This document shows, piece by piece, positions 15,572 through 28,996 of a stretch of 64,000 nt of DNA. Position 1 is the first letter of the stretch; every line of letters starts with the position of its first letter. This DNA is from the human T2T-CHM13v2.0 reference genome, Homo sapiens, in NCBI RefSeq assembly GCF_009914755.1, contig NC_060929.1; one strand, given 5' to 3'. The position numbers were made by a program, and so were the translations under genes. The notes below the pieces were generated by a model. That model saw only the letters and a list, made by a program, of their open reading frames with translations, had not been told where the DNA came from and ran no database searches.

Positions 15572-18549
15572 TTAAAATTATATTTCTTTCATACTAAAGT
15601 GTGGGAGGAAATATGGGTATCACCTTCCTGGCGATTTCCCATGGCTGGGACCTCTTAGGAAGCAGTCTCCCTAGAGTATTTCAAAATAATTATGAAATAC
15701 CTACTTCCTGTCGAAAGGTGTCCCTCCTATTTACTCTGAGTTTTCATAAATAATTTACAATACAAAAGTATTTGATGGTGTGACATTTTAAAGACAAGGA
15801 ACAGAATGATTCCTAAAGGCTCCTCCATATCTATAACATTTTAAAAAATCAACCGATTGCTGTTTGTAATCTCTCCCTGATTTTGCTGCAAATGACTAAT
15901 CTTAGTATTTTCCTTCTTGTTGCAGTTCTCACCTTGATGATTTTATAAATACCTGTGCAATCATTTAAGGATGCTGTTATAACTTGCTATCACAGGATTC
16001 AGGTTTGTCTCTTGCTCTTTTTAGTTATTCCTCTCCCCGTCTTTTCTCCTTTTAACTCCCCTTCCCTACTCTTTTCTTCTTTGTTTCTGATTACCTGCTT
16101 TGCACGTGTGAGGTACCTTGTGTAAGTAGCAGCTTTTTCCTAAAAATTCCTCTTCATGATTTCCCAAATCTCTAAATCTTGGAGGATTTGCACCAATGAG
16201 TTCCAAAATGTCACAGGCTATAATTTATTTATATTTTGTCTCATTGAGTGAAGAGTATTTGACCTGTGGTTTTAAAATACATGACTAGCCCCAGCCAAGT
16301 GTAGCTAACGAAAGAGTTGCATGGGACAATGTCAGTCATAGAAGGAAGGTGATAATATTTCGGTATTATTAGAAATGAAATGAAGAAAAAACTAAATCAT
16401 CTGATACTGAAGATGACAAGTTTGGTGTTTTGTTCGATGAAACAAGACTACCTATCATTTACTGTTCTCTTGATGCCAAGGTAATTAATGTTCTTAAAAA
16501 GTTATCTAACTTAAAAAAATTAGAGATAGAAAAGAAAGTTCATTTCCATTCCATCCTCTTTTTTTTTATCCCTCTGCATCCCCATTTCATGTGGTTATTG
16601 CAGGAGAGAATACATTGCTTTTATAAAACTAGTATAGTTACACAACATCAGCAAAGCATTTTTGGGGGATGAAAAATAAGAATATTATGTTATTAATTAC
16701 ATTTTGAATTTCAAAAAATTTAACCACGCATCATCAACACTGTATTGCAACTAAAGGAAATAGTGGAAAATTTAGAATACTGTATATATTTTGCATTTCA
16801 CTAGTAGGGTTGGCTTTCCTAAGCTACTTGGCCTTTATGTCCTGTTCATCTTATTTTAATATAAGATTAGAGAGAATACCATATATCCTACGTTATCAGA
16901 TACAAAAAAATCTAGATATACGTATATTTTTGTAAATAGGTTGATTTACCTGGCATTTGGTATCTTAGCCCTCTCACATATGTTAAATGGAATACTTTTC
17001 AAACTAACATGTAAAGATCATGCCAAATAACTCTTCCAAAAATAAGAAACATTTGTATGATTAAAGACATTTTTCAAAGAGAATGGGGGGAAAGTTTAAC
17101 ACAATGACTTTGTACATTCTCGATGGTATGTTCTATTACAATTTTTTGTTTGGGCTATTAACATGAATTTTGTGCAATACTATGAGGGGAAGATTGGTTA
17201 CTTTTCAAAGAAACCACTTATTTTCTCTCAAAACTGAGTGTCTAATCAAAGGCAATTTTTTAGAACAGGTTATCATTGGTCAAATGTAGTAAAAAGTTGA
17301 TATTCCTCTTCAATATTCACAAGATGACTCTCTTACTCTTCTGTGTCTTTCGACATAGTTATTTTTAGCAATTACAGCTCTGCCTTTGTCTCATTTACTA
17401 TGCAGTCTGTATAACCATTATTAGACATTACAGGAAAGAAAGCCACATGGCTTAAAAAGTACTCATTCTGTCTTATCCACCAGCCATGGCTGTCTCTTTA
17501 CAGTAGCCTAGGGAGAGTAACCCCAGACACATTAACACTTTACAAAATATAATGAATGTGTAAAACCCCCAAAGAGAGATGTATAACGTACCTGAAAATA
17601 CTGTGGTGAAATGACCTAATAATTTTTCACTGCCCGTGGGAAAGTATTCTCACATCTCCAGAGGGGCTTTAATACAATCAAATTCAATATTCAGAAGATG
17701 CTATTTATTATAAAGAGTAATTCACTTAACCAGACACTTCAGTGAGGACTTATTTTGTGCCACTGAAAGAGGATAGGGCTACACAGATAAGAAGAAAATT
17801 ACATAATTCTTTTATTAATAAATCTACATTTTTGAATATTTACTATTTGTCAAGCACTGAGTTAGGTCCTGTGGATACAAGGCACAAGACCTTAAATTTG
17901 TTTTTATTCTAGAGTACTTATAATGCAAGGTAGTTTTCTTCTACCATCTAAGGTGCCATATGCTTACAAATGATGCCCTCTGTAAACATTCCAAACATAC
18001 ATTTTCTACCACCATTATTTTTGTTGTCTTGCTCTTATTAATTGATCCCACCTGCAGCTTGATAGAATATGGCAAGGTGTTATATAGAAATATCTTCTTA
18101 CGTCTTTCTTGCTCTTCTTCAATAACATAATAACAATAAAAAGACAAACTGTAATGTGTTATGTACTTGTTGTACCCAGCATTGGTCTAAGTGCCTTATA
18201 GGTATTGTCCCTAAAATCCTCTAAAAATTGATCAAATAAAAACCATTATCATTTTAATGTAATGAGAAGAAATTCTGGTTCAAAGTGACTCACTAAATCC
18301 CTTGAGTTAACCAGGCTAATAGGAGGCTCAGCTCAAACTCAAACTCAAACTCAAACTCAGGTATATTAAATACAATGGTGATATAGAAGGAAGATCTTAC
18401 TGTACCCACCCTATCTTCCTTCACAAAGTCTTCCTAAATTGGGTAAGTTTGAACTGGTTTTAAAAGAGTTAGATCAGGAGATTGATGTTTTCTTTTCCTT
18501 TTTAATCACTGTCTTCATAGATAGATAAAAAACAAGGAAGGAAGGAAGG

Positions 18550-19188
18550 TGTCAGAGGCATTCAAACCAGAACAACTCCATCTTGAATAGGAGCTGGGTA
18601 AAATAAGGCTGAGACCTACTGGACTGCATTCCCAGGAGGTTAGGCATTTTAATAACAGATGAAATAGGAGGTCAGCACAAGATACAGGTCACAAAGACCT
18701 TGCTGATAAAACAGATTGTGGTAAAGAAGCTGGCCCAAACCCACCAAAACCAAGATGGTGATGAAAGTGACCTCTGGTTGTCCTCATTGCTCATTATACA
18801 TTAATTATAATGTATTAGGATGCTAAGGGACACTCCCACCGTGCCATGATAGTTCACAAATGTCATGGAAACATCAAGAAGTCACCCTATATGGTCCAAA
18901 AATGGGATAAACTCTCGGTTCCGGGAACTGCCCACCCCTTTCCTGGAAAACTCATGAATAATCCACCCCTTGTTTAGCATGTAATTATTAAAGAAGTAAT
19001 TTTAAGTATAAACAGGTGAGCAGCCCACACCACTACTCCGCCCATGGAGTGGCCATTCTTTATTCTTTTACTTCCTTAATAAGCTTGCTTTCATTTTACT
19101 CTGTGGACTCATCCCGAATTCTTTCTCGTGCAAGGTCCAAGAACCCTCTCTTAGGATCTGCACTGGGACCTACCCCTTTTTGGCAACA
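18550..19188 (+). mobile_element. MER41B LTR (ERV1), 5' LTR
   Basis: TGTCAGAGGCATTCAAACCAGAACAACTCCATCTTGAATAGG...GGCAACA with TG..CA ends, followed by a PBS. Confidence 0.92.
18919..18948. promoter_or_regulatory. Tandem GAS (STAT) motifs in MER41B
   Basis: TTCCGGGAA at 18919-18927 and TTCCTGGAA at 18940-18948. Confidence 0.8.
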
Positions 19189-19194
19189 TGTTCT

Positions 19195-19212
19195 TGGCAA
19201 CCACGAAGGGAC
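19195..19212 (+). other. Retroviral primer-binding site, tRNA-Arg
   Basis: TGGCAACCACGAAGGGAC is about 1 mismatch from the complement of the recalled tRNA-Arg(UCG) 3' end, 6 nt after the LTR. Confidence 0.8.
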
Positions 19213-21022
19213 TATCCTGAGGAGATCCCTGACCCAAAGGAAATAGACTGCAGAACCAATTGGCTGACTTTGGGTAAGTGGTGGGGTAAACCTTACCCAG
19301 TTAAATGATGGTATTGGGTTAGAGTACCTCCTAAGACAGAGAAGGTTAAAGGCCCCTCTTAATAAAAGGCAAGGATGCTTGACCAAACTTGGGTTCCAGC
19401 CCCAACTTAGGAAGGTTAGAGTCCTTCCTAAGATTTAGAGGTTTAAAGGCCTCTCTCAGTGAAGTCCCTCTTGGTTAAAAATGGATTTGGCATAATGGGA
19501 TGTTAATTGCTATTCTCTTTGGATTAATCTGCCTTGCACTCTTTGCTGACAGCTATGGGTGACAGGACTAGGCATGTACACGATAACTGGACATGGGGAG
19601 CTTTTTTTCTCTGGAAAGGGAGAAACTCGAGAGCTGATGGGACAGTAGTGAAGATTCCTTCACTATTGACAAGTGGTGACCTGAACTTTTGATTCAGTGT
19701 TGCTGCAATAAGTGGGTCTTTCTCTGCCTCTCTTAGCTCCTTGCCTTCCCCACCCTGCCACAGACAATGCTTTTCTCCTTTTCTCTCCTTTTATATCTTT
19801 TCTGTTACTCAGGGCGACCATCTTGCCCAGACACCACATGCTGAAACACTTGGTCGGAAGGATCATTCCACCCCACTTTGAGTGGATCAAAGATGACAAG
19901 GCCCAAGTAGGGGCAAGTTTGAGCCTGGCCAGTTCAATATTGGGTGCTAACTGGAGTGGCTAATGTCTATGTTTTGTCACACGTATTTTGCTCTGCTCAG
20001 AATGGAAGAAGATGGTTTTCCTTTGTGTTGCGGTTTGGCCCCCAGGGCTGTGGTGTGGCGAGCCAAGTCACTAGGGCTGCCCAAGGAAAGGGAACACAGA
20101 AGCCTGGCGTGCTGGCAAAAGGGTGGGAATTTCTTACCAGTCAGGCTTTGGGCCTCCCTGTGTGCATAACTGGTTGAATAAATGGCAAAAATAACTGTTC
20201 ATCCCCTCTGTAAAGTTTTGATTAATGGGAAAAGAATTTGTGAGGTACGTCTGAAGCTGTAGCAAATCTGGTGTACTTTGTGCTATAAATTTATCTTCCT
20301 GTATTGTACTGCCATAAAGAGGAGTACCTTAGGATAGAACATGGGCTTAGGACCCCATAAGCCCACTGTTAAAGCCAGCCTGGCAAGTTGGTCAGTAACA
20401 AACTTTGCTGCAGGTCCCTGAAACAAACAAGCAAAAACAACTGAATGAAGTTTCCTTCTCGTCTTGTTTTATGTCCTTGGAAGCTTGAGCTTGTGACCAT
20501 ATGGCAGTACTTTCTTTTAGTCTCTGCTTATCCAGAGGACAGGAATTTAGGGGTTCATGTTGTAGTTAGCCCCAAAAATTTCCTCAAGCAGTTAAAAGCC
20601 TTTGCAAGCTCAAAATTGGCTGCTCTAGACTCCCTCTGGGAAGAGCAATGGAAATTGCCCAGTGCTGTGGCTTAGTAGCTAAGGCTTTGTCTTTTCACAA
20701 TGACGGCCTGGGTTCAGGGTTCAATTCCCAGCTTAGGGAATGGGTCCTTTCTGGCTTAATATCTGTGTGACCTTTACCATTTGTTGATTCTCTTCTCCTC
20801 CATGAACTACTTCTGGCTTCATTTCTTGAATCTTCCTTTCTCTGAGCTACCTGTGGAGATTCTAAATCTTGTAAAAACTGCTAACCACCTCTTTGAAAAG
20901 AACTTGTCCATTCATGGTCAAATCATAACCTTAGTTAAGCCTTATTGGTTTCACCTGTGAGTTTATTTTTGGTAAAGTTTAAAAGCCAGAAATATTGGCT
21001 GTTTTGCCCAGCTAAAGTAGGG

Positions 21023-21365
21023 TGTATTTGTCTGGTTTTACACTGATATAAAGAACTTCCCTGAGACTGGGTAATTTATAAAGGAAAGAGCTTTAATTGA
21101 CTCACAGTTTGGCATGGCTTCAGAGGCCTCAGGAAACTTACAATCATGGCAGAAGGCAAAAGGGAAGCAAGGAACCTTCTTCACATGGCAGCAGGAGAGA
21201 ATGCAGGAGGAACTGCCAAACACTTTTAAAGCATCAGATCTTGTGAGAACTTACCGTCATGAGAACAGCATGATCCAATCACCCACCACTAGGTCCCTCA
21301 CTCAACACATGGGGATTAAAATTCAAGATGAGAATTGGGTGGCAACATAGAGCCAAAACATCTCA
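21023..21365 (-). mobile_element. MaLR solo LTR (MSTA/THE1D-like) nested in the ERV internal region
   Basis: ctgagactgggtaatttataaaggaaagag...aggcctcaggaaacttacaatcatggcagaagg; 5-bp TSD taggg/tagga. Confidence 0.9.
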
Positions 21366-23184
21366 TAGGATAGTAATAAGAGATTTAAAAGGATTTTATT
21401 TTTTAAGGAGTACTACGGTTAAAAGTCAGCTCAATTAAAAGCAGATATTCAAGCTATAGGTATATTTTAAAGGCCTTTATGTTTTATTCTCTTCTTGGAT
21501 TGTGTTTTTCTGGAAAAAAGGTTTTTTTCTTTTCTTCTCAGTAGACTTAATTGTTTTTCTCCATTTTGTCTTCTTGCTACTCTTGATGCACACATGAGAG
21601 GACCTAAGATAATACAACCTGGGACTCCTTGGGAAAAACAGAAGAGGGGCCACAGACTGCGTTTTGGGAAAAACGTCTATTTTCCTCATGAAACCCCAGG
21701 GATTAAAAGCAGACAGATCCCTCTTAAAATCTAAGGCTCTGTTCTGTTTTGCTTTGCTTTATCTGACGTTTTTTGACTTTTTAGGGGTATCAGAAATTAC
21801 TTCGCAGTATGTGAGAATTTTGATTTATAATAACTAGGTAGGAAATATACTTTTAGGGGTGGCTAATGGCAGTCATGAGAGGATACTTGGCTCTTTGCAC
21901 ATTTGGATTGGGAGAAGCATGCTCTTGGCCATCTGGAAGGTATGGAAAAGTCTCCACCCCTCCACTGAGAGATAAGGCTCCCATCAGGGTGGGCTAATCA
22001 CAAAATGAGTTGATTGGTTTTGGGTTGCCTTGCAATAAAATGCATGGTAAAATCTTTGCATTGTCTTGTTCTGTAGTGTCCTTTTGGGATTCAAGATGTA
22101 ATATAAAAATGGGATCCTTAATTTTGGGAGATCTGTTTTGTCTTCCAGCTGTGCCACATTATTAGGTCCTAGAAACTGTGTGTTTTAAAGAGAAACATTA
22201 AAAACTGGCAAATGAAAAAAACTTACACGTACTGAAACTATTTCTGTCTGTGTATTTATATTTGTTGTGTGTGTGATGTTTATATATGAAAGAGCTCTGA
22301 TTAACTGGCTGAAAAATAATAAGTGCTTAAATCAAATATTGTCAGAAAAACAAAAACTAATGCCTTTTAGTTCACATGACTTAAATAATCTTTGGGAAAT
22401 AAAGACAATTATAAGATTATTGGTAAAATTTGGAGATTTGACCTAAATTAGGCAGGTCAGATATTTGGTTTGCTAAATGCTTTAAGGTCATAAACTGCTT
22501 CTCTGACTTTTGAAAATTGTTCAGCTTACCTGCTTTAGAGCCATTAGATCCTAGATACGGTATGGGGACATGTGGAATTAGCCATTCCCCCTAGCAATGC
22601 TGGAAAGTGTCAGACCTTATCTGCACTTCTGTCTGGTGTCCTAGGTGCCACACCTGGTACATAATTAGAATCACTTGCTTACCAAGTTTTTCACCAAAAA
22701 TAAAAGTGGCTAAGAGTTAACATTGTAACATGTAATTGAGACTACTGAAGAAACAGTTTTACATGCAAGGTGTGTAAGGGAGAAGGGAAGGAAGAGGAGA
22801 GAAGGCAGGAAAGAGGGAAGGGAGGGAGGAATTTCTCTCTCACATAGTGTTAGGATGTCCCTGAATTAAGAGTTGGCTGACATCAGTTTTTGTCACAGAT
22901 GCATGACCTTGGCTAAGAATTTAGCCCTTTCATGACTGTTTTCTCATTTATAAAGTCATAATCCCAGCCTTGCCTAGGTCACCTCCTCACTTCTTGAGAA
23001 TAAAATCAGAGGATGCTCGAGACAGCCCTTTGAAAACTAAAAGAAGATGCTTAGGTGTCATCAGTAAACCCTGGGTGTGGGGCAGGGGAGGACAGAAAAA
23101 TCACTAAGCCTTATGTCTCTAAACCATTATAATTTCAAAAGGTTAAAGCAAGGTTAGATGTTGTCACATAAAAAGCTTTGTTCT

Positions 23185-23570
<386 letters not shown>

Positions 23571-23937
23571 CTATGGTTAAGGAAGCAGACACTGAAGTCA
23601 GCTCAGCCTGGTTTGAAATAAGCTTGGCCATTCATTATCTACAAGACCATAGAGGTTGTTTAACCTTTCTAAACCTCACTTTCCTATCTGTAAAATAGGA
23701 AGAACAGCCATCTGACAAGATGATTCCAATTATTAAATAAAAATAATGTAAGCAAAGAGCTTGGCATTGTTCCTGGCACATAGAAAATGCTCAATAAATG
23801 GTCTCTGCAGAGTCTGGCACACTCGGTGATTTCCTACCAATACACTTACATTTGTTTAACCGTGGGTGAAGCCTGAGTCATTTCAGGCCAGTTAGAAGGT
23901 TGATAAAGAATGTAAGCAGATTCAAGGTTTTAGAAAC

Positions 23938-24729
<792 letters not shown>

Positions 24730-25236
24730 GAAGAATTGAGGCCAAGTTGTTAGATTGGAACAAAATGAATGGGCAGGAAATGAAAGTGAGTGTCCCCGGC
24801 CAGATTCACAGAGGCAATGCAATGCAGAAACAAGGGTCACGTCAGTTCTATTTTGGATGGACAAGGGGAGAGATTTCAATGAGACCACGACGATCTGGTT
24901 TGACCATAAAAGGCACTGCTTGGAATTTTTAGAAAAAGAAATCATGAAAGATGAAATAAATCCTTTGGGGGGTTGCGAGGTAATTTACACTTCTGGGTAA
25001 AGCAATGGTAATATTTCAAGTAGCTCACGAAAGACTAACTTTACACCTGCTGTCCTGGTACGACTATTAGCAGTGTTCTAAAAGTGCCCAGGTCTGGACA
25101 ATAAATTATACATAATACTCTTACTTCTGAAGCCTTGGGAATAAATGAGGACTGTTTGGAAGGATTCTCAATGAGGCTTTTGCAGAAGTTGTGAAAGTAG
25201 CAGTTTCTCAAATAACATACTTAAGTTCGTGATCTC

Positions 25237-25432
25237 TTAAATTAATGGTCATGTTTTTCTAGGAAGAAGACCTTTGGATTTACAGTCCCAGCAAGCACAG
25301 CAATGCCTTATTCTTTTTATCTAGATTATTTTCCTTTAAATTAATCGTCATGTTTACCCAGGAAGACCTTTGGATTTAGAGTCTCTGCAAGCACAGCAAT
25401 GCCTCCTTCTTCCTTTTATCCAGATTATTTTC
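25237..25432. repeat. Diverged tandem duplication, ~99-bp unit x2
   Basis: ttaaattaat.gtcatgttt...gaagacctttggattta.agtc...gcaagcacagcaatgcct...agattattttc occurs twice. Confidence 0.9.
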
Positions 25433-27163
25433 TTCCAAGACAACTGCAACAAAAGTTTTGAAAAATAGGTCACCTAGATTTCAAAACTATTTTGTTTCCA
25501 GCCATCTGGGGCTGAGGATGATTAGCTGTTCTTGGTATCATGGCAGAAACCCGACGCAACACATTTATTTGCACATCTCCCAGTGTTGCAGCATTGTTCT
25601 GGGTATTTGATATTCAGACGATGTATCAAGAATTTGAGCCTTGGAGAAGAAAACCACTCAGCATTTCAATTAGAATCAGTGTGTTGTGCATACAAAACAT
25701 CACTACAGAAAATCTTGGAACATGTTGTATTATTACGTGGGTTTTTAAAACTAAATATTGCCAAGTAGTTGCAAGGTAAATTCTAATCTGCATGGGTGAT
25801 CTCTTTTCCATCCCTGAGTTTTCCTCAAAGAAAGGTGGTAAATACAGACTCCCGGTTTGCACTTCCAAATTTTTACCCCTTTAGGTTTCCAGTCTATGTT
25901 TAGTGAATTCTTCTCAGCACACTTAATAGACTCTGTATAAAGCTTTGATTAAATGGCATCTAAGAAAGCATCCCATGTGAATCCATGTATTTCTTACAAT
26001 GCCCAAAATAACTATAAAAATGTTTAGTGGCTTCATTTACAATAATTGCCATTTTTGTGCCCTTCCCCCATCTTGCTGGATAGATTCTTAATGTTCTTCT
26101 CTTTCACCATGCGTTTGTGGAGCTGCCAGCGTTCTATTCACAGCTGCTAATTATCAACACAGAAAACAGAGATGGCTCTATCTCTTGTAAGAGTATGTTA
26201 GAATTTAACTGCAGCTATTTCTCCTTGTCTGCCTCAATGGTGGATATAGGAGAAAACATAAGGCTAATTGTATTCAGATAGTAATAATGAGGTAATACTA
26301 CTATTAAAATAATAATAGCAACTGTATATTGAACATTTACTAGGTGCAAAGAACTTTATTTGCATGATGTCATTAATCCTCACAAAACCCCACAATGTAA
26401 GTGCTTTCACTATATTATTTCAGTAAAGAAACTAAGCCTTAGAAAGGTTAACTAGCTTGCCCAGTGTCTCACAGCTGGGATCACACGATTTAAACCCAGG
26501 TTTTTCTGGCATTTGATTTTATTCTTAATTTCACGCTGTGATGTTTATCTTTTATGGTATTATGTTCTGAAATATCTAACACCATTCTGCCATTTGATCT
26601 CAAAGCATTGTATTAGAATTCTTCTGTCTTCCTGGCACCTTCAAAGAAATATCCAAAATTAAGATCCTTATAATGCTTACAGAATTTTAAGTTGATAGAG
26701 ATTGGCTGTGCAAAACAACTTATAATTAACTCATGGTTTAGGTGAGGATTTTTTCAATCCATTAAACTCTGAAATTCTTAAGGAGAGAGATGGTATCAAT
26801 CGTTTCATCCTCATTGATGAGCACAATAGTTGACAGGTAGTTGTCATCAGGAATGCTTATTGAGTAAATGTGGACAAAAAATAGACAAAAATGTTACTCA
26901 TGATAATATAATTCACTTTAGATGTGAGAGCAACTCAGATACAAAAGCTGAAATGGACAATTTCAGTCCATGCTGAGCTGTGCTCAAAAAGGGATGGAAT
27001 GAACAAAGAATGTCTTTATGTTTATGCTGTTACTGAGCTGCCTCATTCTTGCCTTTCCTAATTATTATCCTTTTGTGCTGGCACTTTCCACTTTGCTCCC
27101 TATGCCTTCTGGTCAGGCACTTCACTCACCCTTTGGAGAAAGCAATTTTTAAAAATATTTATC

Positions 27164-27780
27164 TTTTTTTATTATACTTTAAGTTCTGGGATACATGTGC
27201 AGAACATGCAGGTTTGTTACACAGGTATACATGTGCCATGATGGTTTGCTGCACCCATCAACCCATCATTTACATTAGGTATTTCTCCTAATGCTGTCCC
27301 TCCCCTACTCTCCCACCCGCTGACAGGCCCCGGTGCGTGATGTCCCCCTCCCTGTGTCCATGTGTTCTCATTGTTGGACTCCCACTTATGAGTGAGAACA
27401 TGCAGTGTTCGGTTTTCTGCTCCTGTGTCAGTTTGCTGAGAATGATGGTTTCCAGTTTCATCCATGTCCCTACAAAGGACACAAACTCATCCTTTTTTAT
27501 GGCTGCATAGTATTCCATGGTGTATATGTGCCACATTTTCTTTAACCAGTCTATCATTGATGGGCACTTGGGTTGGTTCCAAGTCTTTGCTATTGTGAAC
27601 ACTGCTGCAGTAAACATATGTGTGCAGGTGTCTTTATAGTAAGAATGATTTATAATCCTTTGGGTATATACTCAGTAATGGGATTGCTGGGTCAAATGGT
27701 ATATCTGGCTCTAGAACCTTGAGGAATTGCCACACTGTCTTCCACAATGGTTGAACTAAATTACCCTCCCACCAACAGTG
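27164..27780 (-). mobile_element. L1PA7/8-like 3' end
   Basis: T tail, 3'UTR and ORF2 C-terminus (ORF 27288-27617). Confidence 0.95.
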
Positions 27781-28357
27781 GGTGAAGGATATGAACAAAC
27801 ACTTCTCAAAATAAGACATTTATGTGGCCAATAAACATATGAAAAAAAGCTCATTATCACTAGTCATTAGAGAAATGCAAATCAAAACCACAATGAGATA
27901 CCATCGCATGTCAGTTAGAATGGTGATCATTAAAAAGTCAGGAAACAACAGATGCTGGAGAGGATGTGGAGAAATAGGATGTGGCAAATATACACCATGG
28001 AATGCTATGCAGCCATAAAAAATAATGAGTTCATGTCCTTCCCAGGGACATGGATGAAGCTGGAAACCATCATTCTCAGCAAACTAACACAGGAACAGAA
28101 AACCAAACACCACATGTTCTCACTCATAAGTGGGAGCTGAACAATGAGAACATATGGACAGAGGGGGGAACATCACACAACGGGGCCTGTTGGAGGGTGG
28201 GGGGGCTAGGGGAGGGACAGCATTAGGAGAAATACCTAATGTTGATGACGGGTTGATGGGTGCAGCAAACCACCATGGCACATGTATACCTATGTAACAA
28301 GCCTGCACATTCTGCCCATGTATCCCAGAACTTATACTATAATACAAAAAAAAAAAA
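27777..28357 (+). mobile_element. L1PA7/8-like 3' end with an internal ~300-nt skip at 27979/27980
   Basis: ORF2 C-terminal fragments (ORFs at 27824 and 27952), 3'UTR, poly(A). Confidence 0.95.
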
Positions 28358-28996
28358 GGAACGCCTTTTTGTTTTTGTATTTATTTGTGATAAACTTTCC
28401 ATCCTTTCATTTACCATTGCTGTTTCAGCACTTTTGCATGTAAGGTTATTGACAAAACTGATTGTTTTCCAAGAAGGACAACAGGAATTGATTTTGGGGT
28501 AAGATTTACAAACTACACGTAGATCATAACAAACTGCTAATAAACTGCCTTCTGTTTCTAGTGGGTTGTAAACAAAGTCTGATTTATCCTCTGTGTAAAG
28601 TGGACAGATGGAGGAGGTATCCCGAGGCCCTTGTAGACACCTATTTAAGAGTGAAATGCTCTACTACTGCAGGAAGCAGAGTAAATATCCTTTCAGTAGT
28701 TTTGCAAGAATGCAAACAGAGGGTCAGACAGGAAACACCTGAAAGTGGTATTCCTGCGATCTGCATATGCTGGGTCAGATCTCTGCTACTGAGGTGTCTC
28801 TATTTCTATTTGTTTCTCTCCTGCCAGACTTCAGTTTGAGTGTTAGCTTTACCAACAATAAGACCTTGGCCAAATTACTTAAACTGTCTTAGTTCCCTCA
28901 TTTAAAGAAAGTGCATCGTGTGAAATTCAAGTGAGACAACTTACAGAATGTGAAAGTGATTGTCAAATGGTAAAGCGCTCTTCAAATGTTGCTTAT

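Larger units (their letters stand above)
19189..22779 (+). mobile_element. MER41/MER4-group ERV1 internal sequence, noncoding, 3'-truncated
   Basis: Continues from LTR and PBS; T-rich MER4-group-like internal sequence with no long ORF; no second LTR. Confidence 0.8.

Noticed and set aside
18332-18360. (CTCAAA)4 array
   Set aside because: A short slippage repeat in a MIR; neither telomeric nor CRISPR-like.
19189-22779. Possible gag/pol/env genes in the ERV internal region
   Set aside because: No ORF reaches 100 aa and no retroviral protein motifs appear in the ORF track.
24731-24979. Apparent exon (tttctttaacag ... gag|gtaatt)
   Set aside because: The acceptor-like sequence is the natural 3' terminus of the MER31-like LTR, all three frames contain stops, and I recognise no homolog.
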